Below, piece after piece: positions 9,562 through 19,983 of a stretch of 64,000 bases of DNA. Within the stretch, counting starts at the first letter, position 1. Every line of letters begins with the position of its first letter. Source of the DNA: a bacterium. GTDB taxonomy: Bacteria > Electryoneota > Electryoneia > Electryoneales > Electryoneaceae. Under the pieces are notes generated by a model. That model saw nothing but the letters and a program-made list of their open reading frames with translations. It was not told the origin of the DNA and did not search any database. Both the position numbers and the translations under genes were made by a program. The stretch spans positions 3,776,001-3,840,000 of the forward strand of contig CAXXKJ010000002.1 in assembly GCA_963675295.2 (NCBI GenBank), written 5' to 3'.

Positions 9562-11841
9562 ATGAAGCGCTCTCTCCTTTCCGTACTCGTTGCGATTATC
9601 GTATTGATCAGTACTCAGGTTCATGCCCAGACCGAATTGTCGGGCGAACTTTCCGGCACGTTGCCGGCTGACCTGTATCTCGTCGTCGGCGATATCTGGG
9701 TCACTGAATTTGACACATTGGACATAGAACCGGGTGCGACGCTACGCTTCACTGGGATTTACAGCTTTCTCGTTAACGGTTTACTGCGAGCCAGCGGCAC
9801 CTCAACCTCGCCAATTGCGTTCACCGATCCCGGTAACCAGTGGCTCGGGATCACCTTCAGCTCCTCCGCATCGGCCGCCGGTAATCTGACCTATGCGATG
9901 GTGGAGAAAAGTGACTACAACGGCGTCACGATCAACGGGTCCGCGCCGGTGCTCAATCACTGCCTGATCCGCGACAACGCCGAGGCCGGTCTGTCATTGG
10001 GTGCGAGCGCGGGAACAGTGCAAGTCTTCAATTCTACCATCGAGGCGAACGGCGCACGCGGCGTAACTGTCGGTGGGTCATCCTCGTTGATCATGTTTGA
10101 CAGCGTGATCCAGGGGAATCTGTCGACCTCCGGCGGCGGTATGGCGGTATTCGGCGGTTTTGCCGATTTGCTTGGCATCCAGTTCATCGGCAACCAGTCC
10201 ACGGGATTCGATCAGGAAGGCGGCGGCGCATTGTATGCGACCGGCAACGCTACGGTAAACGTTTCCGACTGCATGTTCATCGGCAACTCGGCGTTTGATA
10301 GTGATGACGGCGGCAACGGCGGCGCGATCCACATCTCCGGTGCCGACGTCAACATCAGCGGCACCCTTTTCGAGGGCAACAGCACCGAAGCGTGGGATGA
10401 CGGTGGCAACGGCGGCGCGATCTACGCCAATGGCGGCAACCACTACCTCAGCAACTGCGATTTCTTCGGCAACAGTTCGACGGGCTGGCAGCAGGACGGC
10501 GCGGGCGCGGCAATCATGCTGGAGAATTTCGGCAACAGCCAGATCAACTATTGCCGGTTTGCCAACAACACCGCAACCGGTGAATACGCATACGGCGGCG
10601 CAGTCGCTCTGTTCAACGGCACCCGGATGGATCTCATCCGCGACACGTTCAGCAACAATTCGACCGACGTATATGGTGGCGTGGTTTATGCGGAGAATTG
10701 CGACCTGCTCACCTCGACCAGCAGCACGTTCTACGGTAACATGTCGGGAGACGCTGGAGCAGCGATTTACGTCATGGACACTGACCTTGAGATGAACAAC
10801 GTCCTCGTCGCGTACCATGACGGCGTCGCGATCCATGCTGCTGGTACGTCAACGATGGGCTTTGGCTATTGCGACTTCTACGGTCCGTCGCAGACCGACT
10901 TTGGCGGCAATGTCGCCCCGGGGCTTGGCGATATCGTACAAACGAACAACAACGGCGATCCCTGCGACGCGTTCTATAACATCTACCTCGATCCGATGAT
11001 TATTAACGGCCCGGATAATGATCTCCGCATCCTGCCGGGTTCGCCCTGCGTCGATGCCGGCGATCCGGACTTTGGTGATGATCCGGACGGCAGCATCGTC
11101 GACATCGGCCGGCACCACCTGCAGACCGGCGAAATCGACCTGCGGCTTGAGACGGTGCAGCAAACCGTTGAACCGGAAGGTGGGGCGTTCGTCTATAACG
11201 CTCTGCTGACGTCATATGCCGCGACGGGCTTCGCGTCCATGCGTTACGCCGCGCAGCTCGAGTTGCCGAATGGTACCGTGCTTCCGCAACTGTTCCATCA
11301 GGCGGTGTTCCCGCTGGCACCGTGGCAGATTCTGCAGGCGGAAGATTTGGCGATTAACGTCCCCTCCTTCGCACCGCCGGGGATCTACACCTTGACCGGC
11401 TATGTCGGCCTCTCGCCGTCTCAGATCGCAGACAGTTGGTTCATTTTCTTCCAGAAACTGTGGCCGACCACGGCGGACAACCGTCCGGTCAGCGGTTCCG
11501 ATTTTACGTCAAGCGGAAGCGCCTGGGTGGCAGCTCCCGGGTTTGAGGAAGGTGGTCAGTCTGCCGCTCAGCCGGACGAATTCGTGCTGCATCAGGCCTG
11601 GCCGAATCCGTTCAACGCACGTACTCAAATCGCTTTTGACCTGCCGGAGAGCAACCGCATCACCGTTCAGGTGTTCGACGTGCTCGGGCGTCATGTGACA
11701 GTCTTGCAGGATGGTCAGCTGCGTGCCGGTCAGCACAGCTTGTCGTTTAACGGCGCAGGCTTAAGCAGTGGGTTGTACTTTATCAGAGTGGACGCCGGAA
11801 AATACGGCTCCCGCATCCAGAAAGTGACGCTGCTGAAGTAA
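9562..11841 (+). CDS. Secreted right-handed beta-helix (Pmp-like GGAI repeats) protein with T9SS-like CTD
   Basis: Signal peptide; FxxN…GGAI repeats; SPCVDAGDP; PNPFN…KVTLLK. Confidence 0.8.
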   Translation: MKRSLLSVLVAIIVLISTQVHAQTELSGELSGTLPADLYLVVGDIWVTEFDTLDIEPGATLRFTGIYSFLVNGLLRASGTSTSPIAFTDPGNQWLGITFSSSASAAGNLTYAMVEKSDYNGVTINGSAPVLNHCLIRDNAEAGLSLGASAGTVQVFNSTIEANGARGVTVGGSSSLIMFDSVIQGNLSTSGGGMAVFGGFADLLGIQFIGNQSTGFDQEGGGALYATGNATVNVSDCMFIGNSAFDSDDGGNGGAIHISGADVNISGTLFEGNSTEAWDDGGNGGAIYANGGNHYLSNCDFFGNSSTGWQQDGAGAAIMLENFGNSQINYCRFANNTATGEYAYGGAVALFNGTRMDLIRDTFSNNSTDVYGGVVYAENCDLLTSTSSTFYGNMSGDAGAAIYVMDTDLEMNNVLVAYHDGVAIHAAGTSTMGFGYCDFYGPSQTDFGGNVAPGLGDIVQTNNNGDPCDAFYNIYLDPMIINGPDNDLRILPGSPCVDAGDPDFGDDPDGSIVDIGRHHLQTGEIDLRLETVQQTVEPEGGAFVYNALLTSYAATGFASMRYAAQLELPNGTVLPQLFHQAVFPLAPWQILQAEDLAINVPSFAPPGIYTLTGYVGLSPSQIADSWFIFFQKLWPTTADNRPVSGSDFTSSGSAWVAAPGFEEGGQSAAQPDEFVLHQAWPNPFNARTQIAFDLPESNRITVQVFDVLGRHVTVLQDGQLRAGQHSLSFNGAGLSSGLYFIRVDAGKYGSRIQKVTLLK

Positions 11842-11967
11842 TCTCCATTGCGCGACACCGTATGCCCAGCATACAGTAAAGCAACGCAACATTTAGATAT
11901 AACGGAACATGAACGTTAGATTTTTCAGAGTTCACGGGAGTGACATTCACGGGAGAGGGAGGACAGG

Positions 11968-14148
11968 ATGAACACAGCACGCGCTACATGGCCACTGAAA
12001 ACCTTATGGATTGCGATGGCGATCCTGGTGTTGGGCTTGCCCGCTTGGGCGAACAACACCGAACCGAATGAAGCGGTCGAGATTGACTACCGTATCTGGA
12101 GCATTTCGTACTGGCAGGATCTGGCAGAACGTGGATTGATCGATGTCGCGCCGGACGTTGCGTTCGAGCCGGCGATCGAACGTCCCGCGAATGAGCTGGA
12201 CGAGTTCGTCGACAGCCCGGATGTCTGTACCACGGGTACCCTGCCTTCCCATCAGAGCGAAAACTCGATTTTCGTTGATCCGAACGATCCGGATCTCGTG
12301 CTGAACTCGAACAACTCCAGCGACTGGCCGTTGGGACAGTTCTACGGCGTCTCGTCGCTGCCGTCCTTTGATGGTGGCTTGACCTGGGGCGGCACCATTG
12401 ATGGTTGGGGCGGCGGTGACCCTGCGGCAGCCATCGATAACGACGGCATCTGGTATCTCGGCCACATCGGGTCGAACAACAGCGGCAACGCGAACGGTTG
12501 CACCGTCTCTACCGATCAGGGTCAGACCTACACCACGTACGAAGCCGGTTCCAGCGGCGGTGCATTCCTCGACAAGAACCACCTCTGGGTTGACAACACC
12601 GGCGGTCCGTACGACGGCCGTGTCTACGCTGCCTGGACGCCCTTTGGTGGAACCAACGACAGCGAAATCGAAGTCACCTGGTCCGGCGACAACGGCCAGA
12701 CCTGGAACAATCGCCAGGTGGTCAGCCTCGGTTCCAATGCCGGCTACCTCTGCCAGGGTGTCAACCTCGACGTTGGCCCGAATGGCGAAGTCTACGCGAT
12801 CTGGACGGTCTACGAAACAGGCCTCACAGAATACGCCATCGGCTTCGCGAAGTCGCTGGACGGCGGCGTGACCTGGGAAACCGCGTACCGCATCATTGAA
12901 AACACCTACGGCATCCGTTCCTACACCGGCATGGATCAGAACCACCGCAAGAATTCGTTCCCGGTGATGACGGTCGATGTCAGTGGCGGGCCGAACAACG
13001 GCAACATCTACGTCGCGTGGACGAACGTCGGCGTCCCGGGCATCAATAGCGGTCCGGACGTCGCCAGCTGGCTGATCAAGTCGACCGACGGTGGCACCAC
13101 GTGGTCGGATCCGGTCCGCATCCAGACCGACGATCCGAACGCCGGCAACCAGCACTACTTCATCTGGATTCACTGTGACCCGGTGACCGGAACGTTGAAC
13201 GGCATCTGGTACGACAACCGTGACACCACCGGCGGCGCGGTCGAAACCTGGATCGGGTACTCGTTTGACGCGGGCGACACATGGGAAAACTATCGCAGCA
13301 GCGATGTTGCCTTCACCCCTGCACCGATTCCGGGCTTCGCGACGGGCTACTTCGGCGACTACCTCGGCATTTACAGCTACGAGGGTACGGTGTACCCGTG
13401 CTGGACGGACAACCGTGACGGCGTCGCGCGCACCTACGTTTCCCCGTTCCAGACGGAAGTGCTGCCTGCAACGGTCAGCCTCGACACCTACTTCACCGAG
13501 CCGATCATTGTCCCGAATTCCGGCGGTGTGATTGAATATGACGCCCAGGCCAGCTACAACCTCGACACTCCGGTTGCGGGTCAGATCTGGACGCAGGTCC
13601 AGTTGCCGAACAGCAACCTGATCACGATGGACATTTACAACATCAACTTCACTCCGGGCTGGAGCTTCGAAGCGATTGGCCGCACATTGAACGTCCCGGC
13701 CGGCGCTCCGATCGGGGTGTACTACTTTATCGCCAAGGTCGGCCTCTACCCGAACTACGTGGTCAGCAGCGACCAGTTCGAGTTCCGCAAGATTCAGTTC
13801 GACGCGGATGGCGCGACCGGGTTCACCGGTTCCGAGTGGTTCAAGAGTGGCCAGGATGTCGCGGACCTGAGCACCGAGTTGCCGTCCACGTTTGGCATCA
13901 GCGGTGTCTACCCGAACCCGTTCAACCCGGAAACCCGCGTTTCGGTGACGATTCCGGACGCCGGCAAGTTGAGCGTGCGTGTCTACAACACGCTGGGTCA
14001 GCAGGTGGCGGTGCTGGCGGATGGTTCGTATTCCGCGGGTACACATCAGTTGACGCTTGATGGATCGCAATTGGCCAGTGGTGTGTACCTCGTACGCGCC
14101 GAGATGGGCGGCCAGACGGATTTGCGCAAGGTTACTTTGATGAAGTAA
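11968..14148 (+). CDS. Secreted BNR/Asp-box (sialidase-like) beta-propeller protein with T9SS-like CTD
   Basis: SxDGGxTW repeats, GDPAAA, DKNHLWVD, FGDYLGI; PNPFN…KVTLMK. Confidence 0.8.
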   Translation: MNTARATWPLKTLWIAMAILVLGLPAWANNTEPNEAVEIDYRIWSISYWQDLAERGLIDVAPDVAFEPAIERPANELDEFVDSPDVCTTGTLPSHQSENSIFVDPNDPDLVLNSNNSSDWPLGQFYGVSSLPSFDGGLTWGGTIDGWGGGDPAAAIDNDGIWYLGHIGSNNSGNANGCTVSTDQGQTYTTYEAGSSGGAFLDKNHLWVDNTGGPYDGRVYAAWTPFGGTNDSEIEVTWSGDNGQTWNNRQVVSLGSNAGYLCQGVNLDVGPNGEVYAIWTVYETGLTEYAIGFAKSLDGGVTWETAYRIIENTYGIRSYTGMDQNHRKNSFPVMTVDVSGGPNNGNIYVAWTNVGVPGINSGPDVASWLIKSTDGGTTWSDPVRIQTDDPNAGNQHYFIWIHCDPVTGTLNGIWYDNRDTTGGAVETWIGYSFDAGDTWENYRSSDVAFTPAPIPGFATGYFGDYLGIYSYEGTVYPCWTDNRDGVARTYVSPFQTEVLPATVSLDTYFTEPIIVPNSGGVIEYDAQASYNLDTPVAGQIWTQVQLPNSNLITMDIYNINFTPGWSFEAIGRTLNVPAGAPIGVYYFIAKVGLYPNYVVSSDQFEFRKIQFDADGATGFTGSEWFKSGQDVADLSTELPSTFGISGVYPNPFNPETRVSVTIPDAGKLSVRVYNTLGQQVAVLADGSYSAGTHQLTLDGSQLASGVYLVRAEMGGQTDLRKVTLMK

Positions 14149-14176
14149 TCGGGATCATCGGCTGTACATGACACCG

Positions 14177-14221
14177 AGCAGCGGGGGAAACTTTCGAAGA
14201 AAAGTGCCCTCGCTGCTTTTT
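14177..14221 (+). terminator. Intrinsic terminator
   Basis: AGCAGCGGGG…CCCTCGCTGCT followed by TTTT. Confidence 0.6.
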
Positions 14222-14432
14222 ACATTCTGAGGATCGTGTCTCTGACCGGGCTTTGCCCATGGCCTCCTTTTCGTTGACTGGCACGATTGGATTCGACATT
14301 TTACAATGCTACCCATCTGCCCGCCGGAATCGTTTTGCCGGCTTGGGCGTATAAGATGGAAGGCGCGGAACAGGATTGCATTCAGTTCCCTCCAACGTTT
14401 GCAGTAACAGTGGTTTACTCTGTGGATTGCCG

Positions 14433-16121
14433 ATGAGACTGCCGATTTTACTCCTCCTGTTGTTCTCGTTGCCGTTTGCGGTCAACGCGGAAAACCGGAT
14501 CAAGCACATCATCGCGGAAGATCTCGATGAGATGCGCGAGGTTGCGGCGTTTGATATCGACGGCGACGGTGACATGGACATCGCCGGTGTCGCCCGTGGC
14601 CCGAACATGGTTGCGTGGTGGGAAAACGAAGGTGGTGAGTTTACCCAGCACGTCATTTCCGAAAAGGTCTGGGACGCGTGGAGCATCGCGGTGGCGGACA
14701 TCGACTTTGACGGGTATGGCGACATCTTCACCACCGGGTACTTCGCCGGCGAAGTTGCGAGGTGGGAATACAACCCAAGCACCCCCCCAGACAGTTTTGA
14801 TTATCAACAGGTCATCCATATCAACGGCAGCAAGGGTGTCACCCTCGTCGACATGAACCAGGATGGCTTTCTGGATGTCATCGGTGCCGGTGCGAAAGCG
14901 GACAAGATCATTGTCGCGATGAACCTCCGCTATGACTCCTGGGGTCTTGTGACCGTGGTTGAAGGTATGGAGGGTGCCCGTCAAACCTATGCGGCCGACC
15001 TCAACGGCGACGACCGTCTCGACATCATCGCCTCCGCCGGTGCATCTGGTACCATTGCCTGGCTCGAGTGGGACGAAGGTGACTGGATTGAACACGAGAT
15101 CATCGGTGAAGAGTACAGGGGGTCTCGTGGTGTGCACGCCGCCGACATCGACAATGACGGCGACATGGACGTGGTCAGCGCCGCCCGCTACATCAACGAA
15201 GTGACCTGGTGGGAAAACCGGAACAATGGTAAAAACTGGGTCCGTCACCCGATCCCCTACACCATCAAGCAGCCGCGTAACGTGCTGCCCACCGACGTGG
15301 ATGAGGACGGCGACATCGACATCGTCGCCAACGGTTTCCAGGATGACGCGGTCGTCTGGTTTGAAAACCTCGGCAACAATGAGTGGGCACGCCGGTTCAT
15401 CGTGCAGGGCTTTGACGGCGCGCTGGGCTTCGACTTGCGCGACATGGACGGCGATGACGACATGGATATTGTCGTCGCCGGAAACTCCTCGAACCAGGTC
15501 GGCTTGTGGGAGACCATCTCCGCCGAACCGGTGCAGGTGAACATCCGCCCGCATGCGCCGACGCAGGTGTTCTCCTCAGAGGGTGGCTCGATCATGTACG
15601 ACGTCACCATGCGCGGCGAATTCAGTTTCGCGACTGATGTCGAGTGGTGGACCGAGCTGATCGCCCCGAACGGAACCATCATCGACACCAGCGAGGTGCT
15701 GGACTGCACCTTCATACCCGGCGAGGTCATCACCATTACCGACCAGACGATCGAGCTCACGGACGTCAGCAAGGAAGGTGAGTACAAGCTGTCGGTGAAA
15801 GTCGGCAAGTATCCCGACGCCGTGCAGGAAGCCGGCACGATTGATATTCCCGTCGCACGCAGCATCCGGCTGCGCCCGGCCTACCCGAACCCGTTCAACG
15901 CCATCGCGCAGATCGAGCTGGTTGTGCCCAGCGCCGGGAACGCACGGGTGATGCTGTACAACGTGCTCGGACAACAGGTGGCGGTGCTGCACCGTGGCCC
16001 GCTGCAGGCGGGTGTGCAGTCGTTCGTGATTGACGGTACCGACCTTGCCAGTGGCTTGTATTTCATCCGTGCGGAAGTCGGCAAGCACTCCGCGATCCGC
16101 AAGATCACGCTGATTCAGTAG
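14433..16121 (+). CDS. Secreted FG-GAP/VCBS-repeat protein with T9SS-like CTD
   Basis: Repeated DxDxDGDxD(I/V) and WWEN; PNPFN…KITLIQ. Confidence 0.85.
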   Translation: MRLPILLLLLFSLPFAVNAENRIKHIIAEDLDEMREVAAFDIDGDGDMDIAGVARGPNMVAWWENEGGEFTQHVISEKVWDAWSIAVADIDFDGYGDIFTTGYFAGEVARWEYNPSTPPDSFDYQQVIHINGSKGVTLVDMNQDGFLDVIGAGAKADKIIVAMNLRYDSWGLVTVVEGMEGARQTYAADLNGDDRLDIIASAGASGTIAWLEWDEGDWIEHEIIGEEYRGSRGVHAADIDNDGDMDVVSAARYINEVTWWENRNNGKNWVRHPIPYTIKQPRNVLPTDVDEDGDIDIVANGFQDDAVVWFENLGNNEWARRFIVQGFDGALGFDLRDMDGDDDMDIVVAGNSSNQVGLWETISAEPVQVNIRPHAPTQVFSSEGGSIMYDVTMRGEFSFATDVEWWTELIAPNGTIIDTSEVLDCTFIPGEVITITDQTIELTDVSKEGEYKLSVKVGKYPDAVQEAGTIDIPVARSIRLRPAYPNPFNAIAQIELVVPSAGNARVMLYNVLGQQVAVLHRGPLQAGVQSFVIDGTDLASGLYFIRAEVGKHSAIRKITLIQ

Positions 16122-16142
16122 CGGTCTCAGGTCTCAGGAAAT

Positions 16143-16300
16143 ATGTGGCCGTGTCTGTTTACAGACGCGGCCGTGTTGCTCTTGGTGCGGCAGACTGCGA
16201 GCTGCGGAAGAGAAGATGTGGCCGTGTCTGTTTACAGACGCGGCCGTGTTGCTCTTGGACTGAGGACTGGAATTTGCCGTTTCGTTTCACCGACGCGGCC
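16143..16300 (+). repeat. Two identical 43-bp direct repeats carrying a REP-like hairpin, plus a degenerate third copy
   Basis: ATGTGGCCGTGTCTGTTTACAGACGCGGCCGTGTTGCTCTTGG at 16143-16185 and 16216-16258; degenerate copy at 16276-16300. Confidence 0.85.
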
Positions 16301-16325
16301 AATTTTATCTTTGGGCTGCGCCAAC

Positions 16326-16424
16326 CACCGCGTAGCGGTGAAGGATGAGTAGCGTGTGGCTTCAGCCACACGAACGGCGTCCACCACCTCCCCCCTTTCC
16401 AGTCGTTCAACTCTGTAGGGGTTG
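16326..16424 (+). repeat. Second REP-like multi-hairpin element
   Basis: CACCGC-GTA-GCGGTG, then GTAG-CGTGTGGC-TTCA-GCCACACG, then CAACTCT-GTA-GGGGTTG. Confidence 0.5.
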
Positions 16425-16479
16425 CGCCTGTTGAACTGCAGGCGTCACAACCCGAACCTCGCGGACTAAACCGCCCTCA

Positions 16480-18732
16480 TCATCCGAGGCCGAAAAAGAC
16501 TGCGGTGTGGTAAACGACAAAGGCGAGTGTCCACGAAATCGCCAGCGTGTACACAGCGAGGAACAGGGTCCATGCCCACGCGCCAAGCTCTTTCCACACC
16601 ACGGCCATCACCGCCATGCAGGGAACATAAAGAAGGACGAAAAACATCAACGCGAGGGCCGTCGCGGGCGAATAGGACGGATCGTTGACCAGGTGTTCCT
16701 TCAGCGGGGTGCGTTCGGCAGCGCCCTCGGCATCCGGGTCGGCATCCTCGATGCCGTAAATAATCCCCATCGTCGAGATGATGACTTCCTTCGCGGCAAA
16801 TCCGGATAACAAGCCGACGGTGATCTTCCAATCGAACCCAGCCGGCTTCATCACAGGTTCGATGAAGCGCCCGATCCGTCCGGCGTACGAGTTCCGGATC
16901 TGTTCATTGCCGTCGTATGCCACCGCCGCGTCAGTGCCCGTGTCAAAAACTTGCGGACGCTGCTGCTCCATCCCAGCCATTTGTGAGGTCGTACCCGTCT
17001 CCATCCCGATCCTCGGGAACGCGAGCAGGAACCAGATGACAATACTGGCGGCAAGGATGAACGTCCCGGCTTTCTTCAGGTACATCCACGAGCGTTCCCA
17101 CATGTGGCTGAACGCTCCCCGTACCGTCGGCCGGCGATAGGGCGGCAGCTCCATCACAAACGGTGCCGCTTCCCCGCGGAACATCGTCTTGCGCAAGACC
17201 AGCGCCGCGGTGAACGCGATCAGCCAGCCGCCGAACCAGACCAGCCAGAAGATGATCCCGGAGTGTTCCGGGAAGAACGCGGCGGCGAGCATCGCAATCA
17301 CCGGCGATTTCGCGCCGCACATCAATAGCGGCGTTACCAGCACGGTGATTACCCGATCGCGCGGGTTGACCAGCGTCCGTGCGCTCATAATTGCGGGCAC
17401 CGCACAGCCGGTGGCAATCATGAATGGGACAAAGCTGCGCCCGTGCATCCCGAACAGGTGGAAGAACCGGTCCATGACAAACGCTGCGCGCGCCATGTAG
17501 CCGGAATCTTCGAGCAGTGATAGCCCAAGGAACAGCAGCACCACCAACGGCAGGAAGACCAGCACTCCGCCAACACCGCCGATGATACCGTCAACCAGCA
17601 TGTCGGTAAAGATTCCTGGCGGCAGTTGCGTCGTCAACCACCCGGACAGCATCCCGAACCCCTGGTCGATCAGGTCCGAGAGTGGATTGCCGATGGTAAA
17701 CGTGATCTGGTAGATCAGGTACATCACCCCGAAGAAGATGAACAGCCCGGCGTACTTGTTGAGTACGATGCTATCCACCATCTCAGTGAAGTCGATCCGG
17801 GTCTTGGCTTCCTTGTTGAAAACCGTTTCCCTTACCGCGCCGTGGATATACGCGTAGCGCTGTTCGGCAACGACCACCGGCGCATCTTCATCAAATTGTT
17901 TCCGGATGCGTTGCTGCTTCTCCTCCATCACCGCGATGACACGATCCGCCTTTACGTGCCCGGTCTCGACTTTCGCGACGGCGTCATCGTCATCCTCGAG
18001 CAACTTGATCGCGAGCCAGTCCAGATTGATCAGCTCCGAAAAGTCAGGATCGGTTTTCAGCTCCTCAACCAGGTCTGCTCGTGCTTTCTCGAGGTCACGA
18101 CCGTAGTTGATCCGCCGGCCGTTGATGTTCAATTCACCGTGCGCGGCCTTGACCAGCATCCCCATCAGTTCGGAAACGCCCTTGCCCTTATTGCCGACAG
18201 TCTTGACGAATGGAATGCCGAGGATGGTGCCGAGTTGCTGCTCGTTAATCGCCAGTCCCAGCGATTCGGCTTCATCGCTCATGTTGAGCACGCCGAGCAC
18301 CGGGATGCCGAGTTCCTGGAATTGTAGCAGCAGGTAGAGGTTCCGCTCGAGGTTGGTGGAGTCGAGGACGTCAACGATCAGGTCCGGCTTTTCACGCAGC
18401 ACGAAGTCGCGCGCGACGACTTCCTCCAGCGAGTAGGCGGACAGGCTGTAGGTGCCGGGCAGATCGACGATCTCAATCTTGACGCCGTCCCGATCGATCC
18501 GTCCGACCTTCTTCTCGACCGTCACGCCCGGATAGTTGCCGATATGCTGGTGCTGACCGGTGAGCGCGTTGAACAAGCTGGTTTTGCCGGCATTCGGGTT
18601 GCCGGCCAGCGCGACACGGAGATCGACATCAACCTTATCGTCGGTGACGCTGCCCAGCCGCCAGCCGCCGCCACCCATCATGCCAAACCCGTGGTTTCTC
18701 CGCTTCCGGCGTTGCTGGTGGTGATCAGGCAC
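16480..18732 (-). CDS. feoB: Ferrous iron transporter B
   Basis: GNPNAGKT, NYPGVTVE, DLPGTYSL, LNMSDE, LEDSGYMARAA, GCAVPAIM, FVMELPPY; GTG start overlaps the upstream gene stop. Confidence 0.97.
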   Translation of the reverse strand: MPDHHQQRRKRRNHGFGMMGGGGWRLGSVTDDKVDVDLRVALAGNPNAGKTSLFNALTGQHQHIGNYPGVTVEKKVGRIDRDGVKIEIVDLPGTYSLSAYSLEEVVARDFVLREKPDLIVDVLDSTNLERNLYLLLQFQELGIPVLGVLNMSDEAESLGLAINEQQLGTILGIPFVKTVGNKGKGVSELMGMLVKAAHGELNINGRRINYGRDLEKARADLVEELKTDPDFSELINLDWLAIKLLEDDDDAVAKVETGHVKADRVIAVMEEKQQRIRKQFDEDAPVVVAEQRYAYIHGAVRETVFNKEAKTRIDFTEMVDSIVLNKYAGLFIFFGVMYLIYQITFTIGNPLSDLIDQGFGMLSGWLTTQLPPGIFTDMLVDGIIGGVGGVLVFLPLVVLLFLGLSLLEDSGYMARAAFVMDRFFHLFGMHGRSFVPFMIATGCAVPAIMSARTLVNPRDRVITVLVTPLLMCGAKSPVIAMLAAAFFPEHSGIIFWLVWFGGWLIAFTAALVLRKTMFRGEAAPFVMELPPYRRPTVRGAFSHMWERSWMYLKKAGTFILAASIVIWFLLAFPRIGMETGTTSQMAGMEQQRPQVFDTGTDAAVAYDGNEQIRNSYAGRIGRFIEPVMKPAGFDWKITVGLLSGFAAKEVIISTMGIIYGIEDADPDAEGAAERTPLKEHLVNDPSYSPATALALMFFVLLYVPCMAVMAVVWKELGAWAWTLFLAVYTLAISWTLAFVVYHTAVFFGLG

Positions 18733-19744
18733 TGATCTCCTCCACGATCACACCGGCGGCTTCCACCCGGCGCAACGAAAGCTTCGATCCGCTCAATTCG
18801 ACTTCCACCGGATCTCGCAGCAACGCCTCACGCAGGATTTTGCCTTTTGCGCCGCGGATGAAGCCCATTTCGGTCATCCGTTGACGGATTTCACCCTGCG
18901 CGGTCAGCTTGCGAACCCGGAAACTGCGGCCGATGGTCACGTCCGCGAGAGTACGGCTGACTAGCGGTTCGCTGCCCGCGTTGTAGCCGTTTCCATCCGT
19001 CCACCGGTCCCGCGACCAGACCAGAATGCTCTCAGCCTGCCGCTTCTCAAACTGCATCGTCTCACCAGCGACCCGCACCGTCATCTCGCCGCTGCGGTTC
19101 ACGTCCATCACGTGCAGGCTGGCACCGGGCAACACCCCACGCTGGATCAACGGCGTACGCATCGTTTCATCCGCGACAATCCGCGCGATCACACCACCAT
19201 CCCCGCTTTTCAGGGACGCGAGGCGGCAGATGCCTTCCCCACCCTCGTGCTTGTGGCATTCGCCTTCCACACGTTTGTCGCAGTGGCACTCGTGCGTGTT
19301 CAGGTGGTTGAGCCAGCGGTCGCGGAACTTGTCGATCACACCGGTTTCGACTTCCGGGCAATAGCTGAGGAACTCGCTCATCGACGCGATCCGCTCCAGC
19401 GTCGTGATACTGATCGCGTGTTCCATCGAACACGCGTCCTTTTCCGCTGTTTCCGGATCGACCTGGAGAAAATCGACGAGGAACCGCTTGAGGAAGTTGT
19501 GGCGCTGGTAGATTCGAAATGCGAGATTGCGCCCTTCCTGGGTCAGATCGACATACTCCCTGGCCTTATACTCAACAAGCCCTTCCTTGTCGAGCCGCCT
19601 CAAGGCGGAGATCACGCTGGACGTCTTAACGTCCTTCTCCCGTGCGATGTCACGGACACGCACCACTCGCTGCGTTTGCAGCAAACGGTACATGATTTCA
19701 AGGTAATCTTCGAGGCTTTCTGTCAACCGGCCAATAAGCATCAC
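18725..19744 (-). CDS. DtxR/MntR-family metalloregulator fused to two FeoA-like domains
   Basis: SLEDYLE…HTH…RH…AEKDACSMEHAIS; then RLASLKSG…LIQRGVLPG and TLADV…RMTEMGFIRG…DPVEVEL…LSLRRVEA. Confidence 0.9.
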   Translation of the reverse strand: MMLIGRLTESLEDYLEIMYRLLQTQRVVRVRDIAREKDVKTSSVISALRRLDKEGLVEYKAREYVDLTQEGRNLAFRIYQRHNFLKRFLVDFLQVDPETAEKDACSMEHAISITTLERIASMSEFLSYCPEVETGVIDKFRDRWLNHLNTHECHCDKRVEGECHKHEGGEGICRLASLKSGDGGVIARIVADETMRTPLIQRGVLPGASLHVMDVNRSGEMTVRVAGETMQFEKRQAESILVWSRDRWTDGNGYNAGSEPLVSRTLADVTIGRSFRVRKLTAQGEIRQRMTEMGFIRGAKGKILREALLRDPVEVELSGSKLSLRRVEAAGVIVEEISA

Positions 19745-19750
19745 TTCTCC

Positions 19751-19768
19751 TGGCAGACTAGTCTACCA
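19751..19768. promoter_or_regulatory. Near-perfect 18-bp palindrome abutting the RBS of the dtxR-feoB operon, candidate operator
   Basis: TGGCAGACTAGTCTACCA, one mismatched pair. Confidence 0.5.
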
Positions 19769-19983
19769 AAGGTACGAATTGAGCTCGGTTGTAGCAATTC
19801 CGGACTCGTGGGGTCAGGAATTCCTAACTGGCGTGAATCTGCTGAAACAACAGGGGTTTTCAGGCAATGGAGGCCGCATTAAAATCTAATAAAGCTTCGA
19901 CGAATCCAACATCGGAGACCATCTACCAATCCAGATCACGATCGTTGACTCTACCTGGCCGCGACAACGCTTCCAGCTGACGC

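Noticed and set aside
12004-14070. 688-aa antisense ORF, and similar ones at 30933-32975, 33094-35076, 21360-22928, 52988-54499 and 1201-2601
   Set aside because: They shadow well-supported genes and show no motifs; expected from codon bias in GC-rich DNA.
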